Source of the DNA: a bacterium
GTDB lineage: Bacteria; Patescibacteriota; Minisyncoccia; Phycocordibacterales; UBA2100
Length of the DNA: 64,000 nt
Direction: 5' to 3'
NCBI GenBank assembly: GCA_038128225.1
Contig: JAYPJF010000002.1
Location: forward strand, 191,751 to 255,750
This document shows, one piece after another, positions 18,748 through 28,092 of the stretch (the first letter of the stretch is position 1; each line of letters begins with the position of its first letter). Below the pieces are notes generated by a model. It was not told where the DNA came from, made no database searches, and saw nothing but the letters and a program-made list of their open reading frames with translations. The position numbers and the translations under genes were made by a program.

Positions 18748-19893
18748 TTAGTATGCAACACGAACTTCTGAACCCAATTCATAAAAACCCTTGCCCACCG
18801 CATACTCAACAAATAATGTTGCCTTGCCAGCTTTTTTTGCAGCAGCGATAGGGGCGCGAGCGACCATACGAGGAAACGTAATATATGATTCCCAAAATGT
18901 GAGCGTCGTAGTATCTGTTATATCAACTTCAGTGAGTATCCAGATGTCGCAGCTATCGGACACGTCGTCTATAGGGATAGCGAACGTGACATTTTTCGGC
19001 ATATCTGCAGAATCACACGTATATGTGTGCATCGCGGTGACATGCGCAAGAAATTCATTAGGTGCGAGCACTTCAACCCACTCATGTGTCAGGCGAATCT
19101 TTTTTGGGGGGTGATGCACGCTACCCGCTTCAACGAGCGCGCATGAAATATGGATGCGTTTTGGAACGATGCTCCCTCCCATGGCAAGATGCGGCAAAAA
19201 GTGCGCGCACACGTCGGGGAATGACTCGCCCATTAAACCTTGGGTGATCGTTTCGGAGAGAAGTACGTCAATTGGAGCGTGCGGTATGTATTGGATTGCG
19301 TCAGCTACTACCAGCTGCACATTGGTGAGATGATGCGCATCAAGAATACTCCGCGCAATCCGCGCAGAATGACGATTGTACTCGATCAAAGTCACCGCGC
19401 TTTCAGGGCGCGCGAGCGCAGCGTAAAGTCCTAGGAGCGGCACTGCGCCACATCCTGCATCGACAATGTGCATGCGCTTGTTCGCAGGGTACTCCGCCAG
19501 CACGTCTCGGATACCTGATAGAAACTTTTTTGTTCGCACCACGTCCTCAAAAGAATTATACGTTGCGCCGCTTTCGAGTGCTCCAGATGCAAGCGACTCG
19601 CCATGTTCTTCGGGAAGCGCTTCGAGTGCATGCGCGTCAGTAAGTGCAAAGAGCCTCAACGTAAGGTCGGTGGGATAGCGCATGCCATGAAACTCTCGCC
19701 CAGGAGCTTCTTCGGATGCCTGTTCAGGAGTATCCGGCAGCGCATCAAGTAGCGTGTCGAATGTGGCACGCGTGAGCGGCTGGTTGCCGAAACGTTTTTG
19801 TCCCTCACTTTGTAATGCTCTGAGCAGCGCGCGCGAATCAAATTTGTTGATGCTCATCACGTCGTACATTACGCTCAATATACGGAATCGCAA
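18748..19893 (-). CDS. Class I SAM-dependent methyltransferase
   Basis: Motif I VDAGCGAVPL in a Rossmann-fold context. The true start may be the internal Met near 19869. Confidence 0.55.
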   Translation of the reverse strand: MRFRILSVMYDVMSINKFDSRALLRALQSEGQKRFGNQPLTRATFDTLLDALPDTPEQASEEAPGREFHGMRYPTDLTLRLFALTDAHALEALPEEHGESLASGALESGATYNSFEDVVRTKKFLSGIRDVLAEYPANKRMHIVDAGCGAVPLLGLYAALARPESAVTLIEYNRHSARIARSILDAHHLTNVQLVVADAIQYIPHAPIDVLLSETITQGLMGESFPDVCAHFLPHLAMGGSIVPKRIHISCALVEAGSVHHPPKKIRLTHEWVEVLAPNEFLAHVTAMHTYTCDSADMPKNVTFAIPIDDVSDSCDIWILTEVDITDTTTLTFWESYITFPRMVARAPIAAAKKAGKATLFVEYAVGKGFYELGSEVRVAY

Positions 19894-20140
19894 TTAAGTG
19901 ATGTATCACGTCGGAAAGCACCAATGCGCCACCTATAACAAATAGCCATGGCATGTGTTCAGAATATGCTGAGCCACCCATCAAAAGAAATCCCGGAAAT
20001 GCGTGGTGTACACGAGGAATCCCAAGTTGCCTTTGAATTTTCTCGCTTTCTAAACAAAAGTGGCACCGCAAGACTATAGTGACGACTTCAAACGCTCCTG
20101 TAAAAAACACGAGCGCAACGATGTGCTGGGGTTCAAGCAT
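19838..20140 (-). CDS. Hypothetical small membrane protein
   Basis: 100-aa ORF with two to three hydrophobic helices. Confidence 0.3.
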   Translation of the reverse strand: MLEPQHIVALVFFTGAFEVVTIVLRCHFCLESEKIQRQLGIPRVHHAFPGFLLMGGSAYSEHMPWLFVIGGALVLSDVIHHLIAIPYIERNVRRDEHQQI

Positions 20141-20217
20141 GTCCCATCATCGTAGCATGGGATGTGCCGCACTTACTGTGGATTGTGATTTTCCTTTATG
20201 CACCAAGCTTTTTCGGC

Positions 20218-20718
20218 TCAGGCTTTTGCCGCTTCATCATTTACTCCCCGCGTGAAAAGACCCCCTTCCGCTATCGACGAAAGTGTTGCGTCTGCTTCTT
20301 TCTCTTGATCGAGAATCTCTTCCAACGCGTCCTTGCCACTGTCGCGCAATTCTCCGGCCCACGCAACGAGCGTGCCATAAATGCCGATTTCGATGTGCTC
20401 AACAAGTTGCGCCGCTGCGATAATGACGGCATCTCTCACCAGTGGTGACTCAACCGTATCAATTTCTTCACCTGCCGAAGCAAGGAGCATGCGAAACGGT
20501 TCGAATGTTTTTATCACACCTTCTCCGCCACACGCGGCAAGCACCCCAGATACTTTGTCGCGCTGCTGCCGAGTAATCTTAAGATGTTCGGAGAGCGCCC
20601 CGACAAGATCAGGATCTTTTGCTTTTGCAATCAGGGGTGGCAAATGTTCGATGATTAAATCTTCGACACAAACTGCTTTAGCGAGTTTGTTAATGTATTC
20701 CGTTTTTAACGTATCCAT
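20218..20718 (-). CDS. Ferritin-like DUF892 (YciE/YciF family) stress protein
   Basis: Length and helical-repeat pattern resemble YciF-type ferritin-like proteins. Confidence 0.45.
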   Translation of the reverse strand: MDTLKTEYINKLAKAVCVEDLIIEHLPPLIAKAKDPDLVGALSEHLKITRQQRDKVSGVLAACGGEGVIKTFEPFRMLLASAGEEIDTVESPLVRDAVIIAAAQLVEHIEIGIYGTLVAWAGELRDSGKDALEEILDQEKEADATLSSIAEGGLFTRGVNDEAAKA

Positions 20719-20907
20719 AGCGTTGAAAATTAATTGCTAACACACGTACTCTACCGAATAGCAAGTGAAGACTTACTGAACACGCTCCACGCTCCTACCG
20801 CGCAACCATTCACGAAGCATTCATCGCCAATTCAATAGAATGGAAAAGAAAGTTCATTCGTGAATTTTCACGTACGGTGTACTTTTATCAAATAACACAC
20901 TTATGTT

Positions 20908-21876
20908 ATGGAGATACATAACTCTACCCCTCGGACCTATGCCAAGCGCATGCTCGAAACGCTGTGGATTGTGATCGGAGTGGCATTCATTACTAGCTTA
21001 GCGCTGAGTGGACTTTTTCTGCTCGCAAACGCGCAGACTACATCCGCGCCCACATGCACGCTGACCCTAACGCCATCGATGCTCAGCGGCACCGGGCAGT
21101 CCACCGTTCTTTCGTGGACGTCTACTAACGCGTATGGGCTAAGTGTCGCGGGAATTGGGAGCGTCTACCCTGCACTCGGTGGCGCACTGACCGTAACACC
21201 GACCAGCACGAGTCAGACATATATCGGAACCGTGACAGGCACCGGTGGTTCCGCGCAGTGTCAGGTAACACTCAATAGCGGCAGCACCCCGAACGGTACA
21301 ACGGCAACATCGACCACGGCGACAACAACGCCAAGTTCAGGTACGGCAACAAGTACTCCGGGTACAGGAACCTCAACGCCACAAACTGGCTCAGGACAAG
21401 TGCCCGGAAGCACAGCAACCTCTACGGGCTCAGGGGGACAAAACCCCACTCCGCCACTTACCATCACGTACCCTGCACCAGGCACCACCCCAGCACCGAT
21501 GGTTCTTGATGTGAGTAGCGACGGAAGAGTCTTGGTGCGAGGAACAGTACTCATGGCGAGCGCAAATCTCATTACCGTGCGTAGCTGGGGCGGCATTTGG
21601 ATTGTGCGCACAACACCACAAAGTGTTGTGATCCCGCAAATAGTACCAGGAGACATGTCTGCGCTTCGTGTAGGTGACTTCGTAGGTATTGACGGATATA
21701 TGTCCGGACAAATCTACACTATCGACGCGACACTGGTGCGCGACTGGACAACACACCCGTATACCGCATCTGCGAACACCTCCTCAACCGATACACAAGA
21801 GATCCAGGCCTCTGATTTGCCAGAAGGTTCTACTGACACAACTGAATCTGACGCAGGTACTGAGTCCGAAGAGTAA
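20908..21876 (+). CDS. Secreted or surface protein with a Thr/Ser/Gly-rich low-complexity linker
   Basis: N-terminal TM/signal segment, a long TSTTATTTPSSGTATSTPGTGTST tract and a C-terminal acidic tail. Confidence 0.45.
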   Translation: MEIHNSTPRTYAKRMLETLWIVIGVAFITSLALSGLFLLANAQTTSAPTCTLTLTPSMLSGTGQSTVLSWTSTNAYGLSVAGIGSVYPALGGALTVTPTSTSQTYIGTVTGTGGSAQCQVTLNSGSTPNGTTATSTTATTTPSSGTATSTPGTGTSTPQTGSGQVPGSTATSTGSGGQNPTPPLTITYPAPGTTPAPMVLDVSSDGRVLVRGTVLMASANLITVRSWGGIWIVRTTPQSVVIPQIVPGDMSALRVGDFVGIDGYMSGQIYTIDATLVRDWTTHPYTASANTSSTDTQEIQASDLPEGSTDTTESDAGTESEE

Positions 21877-22043
21877 TTGTCAAAATCGCTCACGCAAGAG
21901 CAAGCAATTACTCTTTGCAGGAACTAAACAACGTAAGCGAAAACGCTTACGTTGTTTTTTCGTCCCCGCCGTTTAATCATCCTTTCACTTGTCTTTGCAA
22001 TACTGAGTTCGGTCGAATTATTAAGTCACACACACTAAATAGT

Positions 22044-22178
22044 ATGGCTAATAACCGAGATGACCGAGACAAAAAAGGGTCTCGCACAAGTTCAAGCGAC
22101 TCGAACGCAAATCGTCGCAGCTCAAGTGACTCTTCGAACACGAAAAGTGGTGGATCAAGCTCACGAAGCTCAAAATAA
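22044..22178 (+). CDS. Tiny hydrophilic Ser/Arg/Asp-rich protein (possible stress protein)
   Basis: 44-aa ORF below the track's length cut-off. A strong terminator follows at 22414-22439. Confidence 0.2.
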   Translation: MANNRDDRDKKGSRTSSSDSNANRRSSSDSSNTKSGGSSSRSSK

Positions 22179-22413
22179 ATACATAGAGAGGAAAAGAAAG
22201 ATGAGTGGGGCACGAGACGCTTATTAATTAAATATCTCACCATGAATTACTTCGATGATATTCGCGATCCGTACCGCGGCATGGCGAATGACTGGGAGCG
22301 AGGGCGTGTTACGCGTCGCGAGGATGGGAGCGATTGGGATGAAGAAAACCCTGGCGTCCAGCATTCTGAAACAGACGAATAGCAACTGAGGATTGAGACA
22401 CGTAGCATACATC

Positions 22414-22439
22414 AAAAGAGGGGCTCACGCCCCTCTTTT
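22414..22439. terminator. Rho-independent terminator (bidirectional)
   Basis: aaaagaggggc-tcac-gcccctctttt: perfect 11-bp stem with A/T runs on both sides. Confidence 0.75.
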
Positions 22440-22458
22440 GATGTATAGACAAAAGACA

Positions 22459-22722
22459 CTAGACGATAAGATTCGCAGCCAACAAGAGTATCACTGCGCC
22501 GATCACTGCCCACAAAAAACTCGCGATTGATGTTGGCCGTTCAACTCCAGGTTTACCAGCGCCCATATCAACCTGATCTGCGATCCATCCTCCTACGAAC
22601 GCACCAGCAATTCCAACAAGAATATTTCCGAGTATCCCAAGGCCAGGATCATTACCTACGAATATACTTGCAAGCCACCCTGCAATCCCGCCAAAAACTA
22701 CCCACAACAACATGTTAATCAT
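22459..22722 (-). CDS. GlsB/YeaQ/YmgE family transglycosylase-associated stress membrane protein
   Basis: 87 aa with Gly-zipper TM helices (GGIAGWLAS...GIAGAFVGGWIA). Confidence 0.75.
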   Translation of the reverse strand: MINMLLWVVFGGIAGWLASIFVGNDPGLGILGNILVGIAGAFVGGWIADQVDMGAGKPGVERPTSIASFLWAVIGAVILLLAANLIV

Positions 22723-22733
22723 ATGTGTGCGGC

Positions 22734-22937
22734 CTAAAAATTGTAATCATGAGACCCGAGCTCCTCAATGACATCCATCGGGCTTCGGTAAGTGCGGTCT
22801 GGCAACGTGCTAATCGCTGTTAATACATCAGCATCCGCGTCATCTTGATCAGCAGCATCCACTAACGCTCGTTTGTCCGCTGGGTAAGCAGCTCCATCAA
22901 TGTACGTACCTATGATAAACGGGTTTATATTTCTCAT
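22734..22937 (-). CDS. DUF2795 family protein
   Basis: YPADKRALVDAA...VLTAISTLPDRTYRSPMDVIEELG matches the DUF2795 pattern. Confidence 0.55.
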   Translation of the reverse strand: MRNINPFIIGTYIDGAAYPADKRALVDAADQDDADADVLTAISTLPDRTYRSPMDVIEELGSHDYNF

Positions 22938-23106
22938 ACCTAGATGATTGAATTTATAAATCGACCGCACGTCTACACAATAAACTTTGAAAACTTCCGC
23001 TCCTACGCAGTCTCTAGCCTACAGAGGAGTGCATGAACCGTTCGTGAATTCACACAGATAGAGGGGGCCTGTGATACACTTGCGTGGGTAACAAAAGGAG
23101 CACCTC

Positions 23107-23475
23107 ATGCAGGAAACGTGGGCGCGGATCATACATGCCTTAGAGCAATTGTGGCAGCTTATGTTGCAGTTGCTTCAGTTTTTGTATCGCTGGTCGTTTG
23201 GTGAAATCGTCACCATGTTCCAGACAATTTTGCCAAATTTCGGAGCACTTCCACTGTGGAAACAAATTCTTGTGCTGGTGGTGGCAGCGGCTGTCGCCTA
23301 CCTGCTCTATCTGATGTTCAGGGATATCGTCTCCGCAGTCGTGCGCATCTTTGACGCAGTGCTGTCGCTTGTTCGTGCGATAGTGGCAAATCTGCAATAC
23401 GTTTTGGTAGCCGGAATAATCGCCATCGGTGGTTCCTGGGTGATCAACAATATGACGGTCTCATGGCTTCCGTAG
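23107..23475 (+). CDS. Hypothetical membrane protein
   Basis: 122-aa ORF with hydrophobic helices. A terminator follows. Confidence 0.35.
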   Translation: MQETWARIIHALEQLWQLMLQLLQFLYRWSFGEIVTMFQTILPNFGALPLWKQILVLVVAAAVAYLLYLMFRDIVSAVVRIFDAVLSLVRAIVANLQYVLVAGIIAIGGSWVINNMTVSWLP

Positions 23476-23489
23476 CCGAGAGCGCAACG

Positions 23490-23520
23490 CAAAACCGCGA
23501 AGTACATACTTCGCGGTTTT
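23490..23520. terminator. Rho-independent terminator (bidirectional)
   Basis: aaaaccgcgaagta-cat-acttcgcggtttt: 14-bp stem with flanking A and T runs. Confidence 0.75.
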
Positions 23521-23539
23521 CGTGTTTGCGTGCGCTGTA

Positions 23540-24631
23540 TTAGCGCCAACTTCGATCAAAATCTTGAAAGACGTTTTTTGTGATTCTTTCTACTTGATCA
23601 GTTGCGTAGGAACTAACACGATCGTGTGTTTCTTTTGCCCACGCCTGTTGCCCATATTCATTCCAAGAATCTACGCTATCGGAATTTTTTTTCCAATCGT
23701 CCGCGTCATAGTCATGTGACTTCCATGATTGGTTTTTGTCTCTTCCATGGCCATCCTCATATGAGCCCTTACCCCATCCACTGTCATCCTTCTTGTCCCA
23801 GTCGTTTTTTTCATGATCGTCTTTAGCGTATCCATGCCTACCGTCTTTGCCATCCTTACCGTCTTTACCGCCACCGTGCTGCCATGTCATCCAGTAATCA
23901 TTCTGGTACCCATCCGCGTCATACCACCAACTATGCTTGGAATCTTTCTTGTCGCTAGACTTTGCGTGCGAGTGGTCATCATAGCACCATGTGTTTCCTC
24001 CATCGTGTGTGTGTTTTTTTGAATCATCACACCATCCGTCCTTACAGGTGTTGTGACCGTCATCACCATACGCGAAGGTGCCTGAAACCTGTCCGCGAAT
24101 TTCACCGTTCGGGTAGTCAGTGGTGTGCACGTTTACATAGATCTGTCCATTTGCCATCTGTCGCTTGAGGTCATCGACGGTCGCTATTGTCTGAGCGCAG
24201 CCTGCGTTTAACCGAATTGATCCTTGCTCAATAGACCCAGACGCGAGCACGCCATTGAGTGTTGTCGTAGCCATGCCGCCGTTGTAGAGCGTAACCACTA
24301 CTGGACCGTTTACGCCAGGTGCCCCACAGTGTAAGTGTGCCTCGGTTACCTTGTCGATGGCACTGACATTCAATGTAAAGCGTAGGTTTTCGTTTGTATT
24401 TTGTGATGCGCTGAACGAACCTGACGCGCTCGTTGATACCTGAGGAACTTCCTGCGACCCACTGAGGTTTGCTTCAGCTGAGAAGGCTCTCTCACTTCCA
24501 CTTCCGTACTCTATTGTCGAATACACTTCCGCGTGCGCATCATGCGCAAAGAATATTCCTAGCGCGAGCACCATGAAAGGTACGATGATACGCCCAGCTA
24601 CCTTTCGTTTTATGTGTTTTTTCTTTTCCAT
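23540..24631 (-). CDS. Secreted CHRD-domain protein with a long Trp/Asp/Lys/His/Gly-rich C-terminal tail
   Basis: Signal peptide, then AHLHCGAPGVNGPVVVTLYNG...GEIRGQV (CHRD signatures). Start at MEKKK. Confidence 0.6.
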   Translation of the reverse strand: MEKKKHIKRKVAGRIIVPFMVLALGIFFAHDAHAEVYSTIEYGSGSERAFSAEANLSGSQEVPQVSTSASGSFSASQNTNENLRFTLNVSAIDKVTEAHLHCGAPGVNGPVVVTLYNGGMATTTLNGVLASGSIEQGSIRLNAGCAQTIATVDDLKRQMANGQIYVNVHTTDYPNGEIRGQVSGTFAYGDDGHNTCKDGWCDDSKKHTHDGGNTWCYDDHSHAKSSDKKDSKHSWWYDADGYQNDYWMTWQHGGGKDGKDGKDGRHGYAKDDHEKNDWDKKDDSGWGKGSYEDGHGRDKNQSWKSHDYDADDWKKNSDSVDSWNEYGQQAWAKETHDRVSSYATDQVERITKNVFQDFDRSWR

Positions 24632-24784
24632 ACTGTTTTTATTAAGGCTATTAATAATGGTGGCACTGTGCCACAAATTCGGGAGCGCCGAACATACCTC
24701 CACACTAAAGAAGATGCGTGAATAGTGAGTGAATGCGCGAGTACTTAATCCTGAATTCACCAGAGTTTCTGTACAATCGACGAT

Positions 24785-25429
24785 ATGCGAAACAAACAAA
24801 ACAAACAGAAGGGCGCAAAACAAAACACGGGGGCGAAAAGCGGTTCGCGCGTTAGCATGCAGAAACGTTCAGACAGCGCGCGGAGCTCGAAACATTCCAC
24901 ACAGCCATCGCCCAATAGATATCCGACCGAATGGGGCGCGACGCCACTCCGTGACGTATTCGATCGTTTGTACGAACAAATGTTGGCGGAGCCGATAGAT
25001 TTTTTGCGAACGCCACGACTGCTTTCATATATGAACCGCGCATATTTCCCCCACGCAGATGTTCGGGAAACCGGCGACATCATCGAAGTGCGCGCGGATA
25101 TCCCAGGAGTTGCTCCTGAAAAACTTGAAGTTTATGTGCGCAACGATGGGCTTCATATCGCGGGTAGTATTGAGCAAAAGCGTGAACCGACAGAACCGAA
25201 TGAAGAAGCGAATCGTGGATATCGATTTGAGCGTATACATGGCACATTTCACCGGGTTCTTAGTTTGCCTGCAGAAGTTGATAAAGATGCGGTACGTGCA
25301 GTGTGCATGAACGGTGTCCTTACCGTGACACTGCCAAAGATACAAGGGTCGCATGCACGTATCCCCATTGAGGTCGATGACTCAACGGAACAAAAATCTG
25401 TTGTTAATAAAAACAATCAAAAAACCTAG
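24785..25429 (+). CDS. Hsp20/alpha-crystallin small heat-shock protein
   Basis: ACD core ([18 protein letters not shown]...GVLTVTLPK). An alternative start lies at 24857. Confidence 0.8.
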   Translation: MRNKQNKQKGAKQNTGAKSGSRVSMQKRSDSARSSKHSTQPSPNRYPTEWGATPLRDVFDRLYEQMLAEPIDFLRTPRLLSYMNRAYFPHADVRETGDIIEVRADIPGVAPEKLEVYVRNDGLHIAGSIEQKREPTEPNEEANRGYRFERIHGTFHRVLSLPAEVDKDAVRAVCMNGVLTVTLPKIQGSHARIPIEVDDSTEQKSVVNKNNQKT

Positions 25430-25430
25430 T

Positions 25431-25622
25431 ATGCTTTACGCTACCTTTCTGTTTCTCGTACTAGCGCTTGTTGCAGGATATTTCGGCTTCTTTAGCGTTG
25501 CTAGCGCATCAGCCGGAATTGCACAGGTGCTTTTTTTCCTATTTCTAATTTTGCTTGCTCTTTCACTTGTCGCCCGATTTGCGCGCAGTGCGGATGAAAT
25601 CGTAGAACGAGAGTTGGAGTGA
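25431..25622 (+). CDS. DUF1328 (UPF0391/YtjA) small membrane protein
   Basis: [20 protein letters not shown]...[17 protein letters not shown] pattern. Confidence 0.65.
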   Translation: MLYATFLFLVLALVAGYFGFFSVASASAGIAQVLFFLFLILLALSLVARFARSADEIVERELE

Positions 25623-25683
25623 CTACTTCGAGGGAAGACAGAACAGGCGAACGAAATGCTCGCTCGCCCGTTTCCCTTGTTCG

Positions 25684-26136
25684 CTATTCAACAGTCTGCA
25701 TCTCATCAGTGAGGTGCAGAATACGTGCCGCTGCTCCACCAAGAATCCACGCGTCGTAGACAACCACGGCAATGGTCATGCATCCGATCACAAGATTTAG
25801 TGACGAAACCGGATACAAGTTGACCAGATCGAGCACGATCATAAAGAGCCCAGGGATCGCAGGGAGGAGCGATAAAATTGCATCGATAGTTTGCGCTCCA
25901 GGTGTGCCAAGCTTCGCGTACCCGAGAGGATACCCTTGCACTGTAAGATACACGAGCCCAAGCAGCGCAACTCCCATGCCAAACGCAAAACCTTCAGGCG
26001 CACTCTCGATTCCCATACTCGCAAAACTTGCTTGCGGTGCAAAGGCATAGAGTGCGATGAGTGCCGCAGTCAAAATCAATGACGCAAATGCACGAGTTCG
26101 GATTGCTCTCATATCATTCTCTCCATGTTCTCCCAT
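25684..26136 (-). CDS. Hypothetical membrane protein
   Basis: ORF with four to five TM helices. Confidence 0.35.
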   Translation of the reverse strand: MGEHGENDMRAIRTRAFASLILTAALIALYAFAPQASFASMGIESAPEGFAFGMGVALLGLVYLTVQGYPLGYAKLGTPGAQTIDAILSLLPAIPGLFMIVLDLVNLYPVSSLNLVIGCMTIAVVVYDAWILGGAAARILHLTDEMQTVE

Positions 26137-26279
26137 ACACGTGCATGGGACTTGTTACACGCTACCCTTTTCGCAATGAATGTTTTGTTAAGCACCGTCG
26201 GCGCTGTTAACGAGTCCTTCATCACTCATATCTACAATAGGTGTGGTCGAACATTATTCGTTTCGAACCAAAAACCACT

Positions 26280-26489
26280 ATGGTAAACGACACAAAATCA
26301 AGCTCAGATGGACGCGGGTTTGCATCAATGGATGAGGAACGCCGTCGAGAGATTGCTTCAAAAGGTGGACAAAGCCAGGGAAAGGAAAACAATCCAGGTA
26401 ACTTCGCAAACGACCCTGAGCGTGCCGCAGAAGCGGGACGCAAGGGCGGCCAAAGCCGAAGTAATAATTCTGAAAGCGCAAACGAATAG
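26280..26489 (+). CDS. KGG-repeat stress-induced protein (YciG/Con-10 family)
   Basis: Repeated KGGQS and RKGGQSR motifs in a 69-aa hydrophilic protein. A terminator follows. Confidence 0.7.
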   Translation: MVNDTKSSSDGRGFASMDEERRREIASKGGQSQGKENNPGNFANDPERAAEAGRKGGQSRSNNSESANE

Positions 26490-26505
26490 CACGTAACTGG
26501 CAAAA

Positions 26506-26532
26506 CAAAAACGCGCGGTACCGCGCGTTTTT
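26506..26532. terminator. Rho-independent terminator
   Basis: aaaaacgcgcgg-ta-ccgcgcgttttt hairpin with a T-run. Confidence 0.7.
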
Positions 26533-26570
26533 GTTGTACGTCCGTTTTAACTCCGAACAAGTCCGTATGG

Positions 26571-26643
26571 TGGACCCTACCGGATTTGAACCGGTGACCT
26601 CCTCATTGCAAATGAGGCGCTCTACCAACTAAGCTAAGGGCCC
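26571..26643 (-). tRNA. tRNA-Ala (anticodon TGC)
   Basis: Cloverleaf with G3:U70. Anticodon loop TTTGCAA and T-loop GGTTCAAATCC. Confidence 0.85.
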
Positions 26644-26736
26644 AAACACAGGGATTCACCCCTGGCGAAACACTATACCACACCACTTTCTTTTTGAAAC
26701 TACAGGCATGATATCTCCTTGTCACAAGGTCATTCC

Positions 26737-26758
26737 TTGTTCGGGCTGCCGGGAATCG
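26737..26758 (-). repeat. 22-nt exact copy of the tRNA-Pro(GGG) 3' end (last 18 nt of the tRNA plus 4 nt of trailer)
   Basis: ttgttcgggctgccgggaatcg is identical to 26877-26898. Flanking sequence diverges immediately and no full tRNA can be folded here. Confidence 0.6.
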
Positions 26759-26880
26759 GTCATTAGTTTTGCTTTGCAAACTATCGACCCCGCCTCGGCT
26801 GTCTTATTGCATTCGACATGCCTCCGGCTTTCGATTCCGGACGCTGCACGCTCAAGCGCGCGTCTCATCCCTCACTTTGT

Positions 26881-26951
26881 TCGGGCTGCCGGGAATCGAA
26901 CCCGGTCTACACCCACCCCATGGGCGCGTACTACCGGTATACTACAGCCCG
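26881..26951 (-). tRNA. tRNA-Pro (anticodon GGG)
   Basis: Acceptor CGGGCTG/CAGCCCG, anticodon loop ATGGGGT, T-arm CCGGGTTCGATTCCCGG and a 4-nt variable loop. Confidence 0.7.
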
Positions 26952-26970
26952 CACTTGTGGAATCCTTTTG

Positions 26971-27041
26971 TCGGGATGCCGGGAATCGAACCCGGTCTTT
27001 ACGCACCCGAAGCGCACGTACTACCGGTATACTACATCCCG
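26971..27041 (-). tRNA. tRNA-Pro (anticodon CGG)
   Basis: Acceptor CGGGATG/CATCCCG, anticodon loop TTCGGGT and the same D- and T-arms as the neighbouring tRNA-Pro. Confidence 0.75.
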
Positions 27042-27058
27042 AAAAAAGAACTCCACGG

Positions 27059-27132
27059 TGCATCCTGAAGGATTCGAACCTTCGACCTTTCGAATGTGAA
27101 TCGAATGCTCTAGCCAACTGAGCTAAGGATGC
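27059..27132 (-). tRNA. tRNA-Val (anticodon CAC)
   Basis: Acceptor GCATCCT/AGGATGC, D-arm GCTCAGTTGGCTAGAGC, anticodon loop TTCACAT and T-loop GGTTCGAATCC. Confidence 0.8.
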
Positions 27133-27232
27133 GTACACGCCAGTATGCCAAAGATACGAGGAAGTTCCACTCGCGCTCATTGCTACCACAACACACTCGC
27201 TCGGATACAGTATACCGATTAATCTGCAAGAG

Positions 27233-27260
27233 TTGCAAATTATGATTATTATTGTAGAAT
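27233..27260 (+). promoter_or_regulatory. Sigma-70-like promoter (TTGCAA, 16-nt spacer, TAGAAT) followed by a strong SD
   Basis: Hexamers read directly. SD AAGAGGAGGAGG lies at 27276-27288, 4-6 nt before the TTG start of the 27292 gene. Confidence 0.5.
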
Positions 27261-27291
27261 CTTTTCCGGCAACAAAGAGGAGGAGGTCGCC

Positions 27292-27528
27292 TTGAGCTAC
27301 GAATTGTTCCCACTGCCGCTCCTACTGGCAGTTACGGCGGGCATGCTCGCCGCGTATACAGTCGGATCACTCATACTTCTCTTGCTTATAGGCAGGGGGC
27401 AGGAGGATCCGAAGGCACCAATCAAAATACGGGTGTCGCAGGTTGCTGTCGGGATTGGACATGCGCTAGCACTTACTCTGCTTGCGCTCCTGGCTGGCAA
27501 TTTTTTGAGATACTTCGGCATGCTGTAG
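27292..27528 (+). CDS. Hypothetical small membrane protein (TTG start)
   Basis: Excellent RBS and promoter upstream. Two TM helices. Confidence 0.5.
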   Translation: MSYELFPLPLLLAVTAGMLAAYTVGSLILLLLIGRGQEDPKAPIKIRVSQVAVGIGHALALTLLALLAGNFLRYFGML

Positions 27529-27583
27529 GTAGCCGGTTTGCGCAGCGAAGCTTTGCTTTCGCTGCGCATTCGCTTTGTAAATT

Positions 27584-28048
27584 TTACGCCGAGTGAGCCC
27601 CGATACGCCCAACCATTTGAGAAAGATTCTGCAAAAACGACCCGACCGCAGCAACCGCGAGAATAACGACAAAGAACGTGCCGAGCGGATTCACAAAATA
27701 CAAAACCGAGACAAGAAGCGCTGCCCATAACCCAGTACACCAAAGACATTCGATCATTTCAGCCATGAGTCTCCTGAAACCACCGGCAGGTTTTTTGTGC
27801 TCATCTCCCACTTTGTCCATAAACCATTCACGCACAAACGCAAAGATTTTATCGAAGGTTACGAGTCGTATTATGCGGAAAGTAGCAAGCGAGAGCACGA
27901 CCATGTCGAACCCATTAATATGGTACATCCAGCGCCCTAAACCGCGGCCGCCGGTAAGTACGGCAAACCCAACTCCTACAAGCACCGCAAACACAACCAG
28001 CGCAAGAAAATTCCAAAACACCTGATCCTTGGGCATGTGATTCGACAT
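27584..28048 (-). CDS. DUF1360 family membrane protein
   Basis: LATFRIIRLVTFDKI and C.WCTGLWAA motifs characteristic of DUF1360. Confidence 0.55.
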   Translation of the reverse strand: MSNHMPKDQVFWNFLALVVFAVLVGVGFAVLTGGRGLGRWMYHINGFDMVVLSLATFRIIRLVTFDKIFAFVREWFMDKVGDEHKKPAGGFRRLMAEMIECLWCTGLWAALLVSVLYFVNPLGTFFVVILAVAAVGSFLQNLSQMVGRIGAHSA

Positions 28049-28092
28049 GAATGAAGCTATTATACCTTACTACACAGTAAGGAGTACTAAGA

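Noticed and set aside
26759-26876. An additional tRNA or tmRNA between the tRNA-Pro gene and its 3' duplicate
   Set aside because: No acceptor-stem pairing and no canonical D, anticodon or T arms could be folded. The region has only a CCGG-stem hairpin and a TTTGCAAA palindrome.
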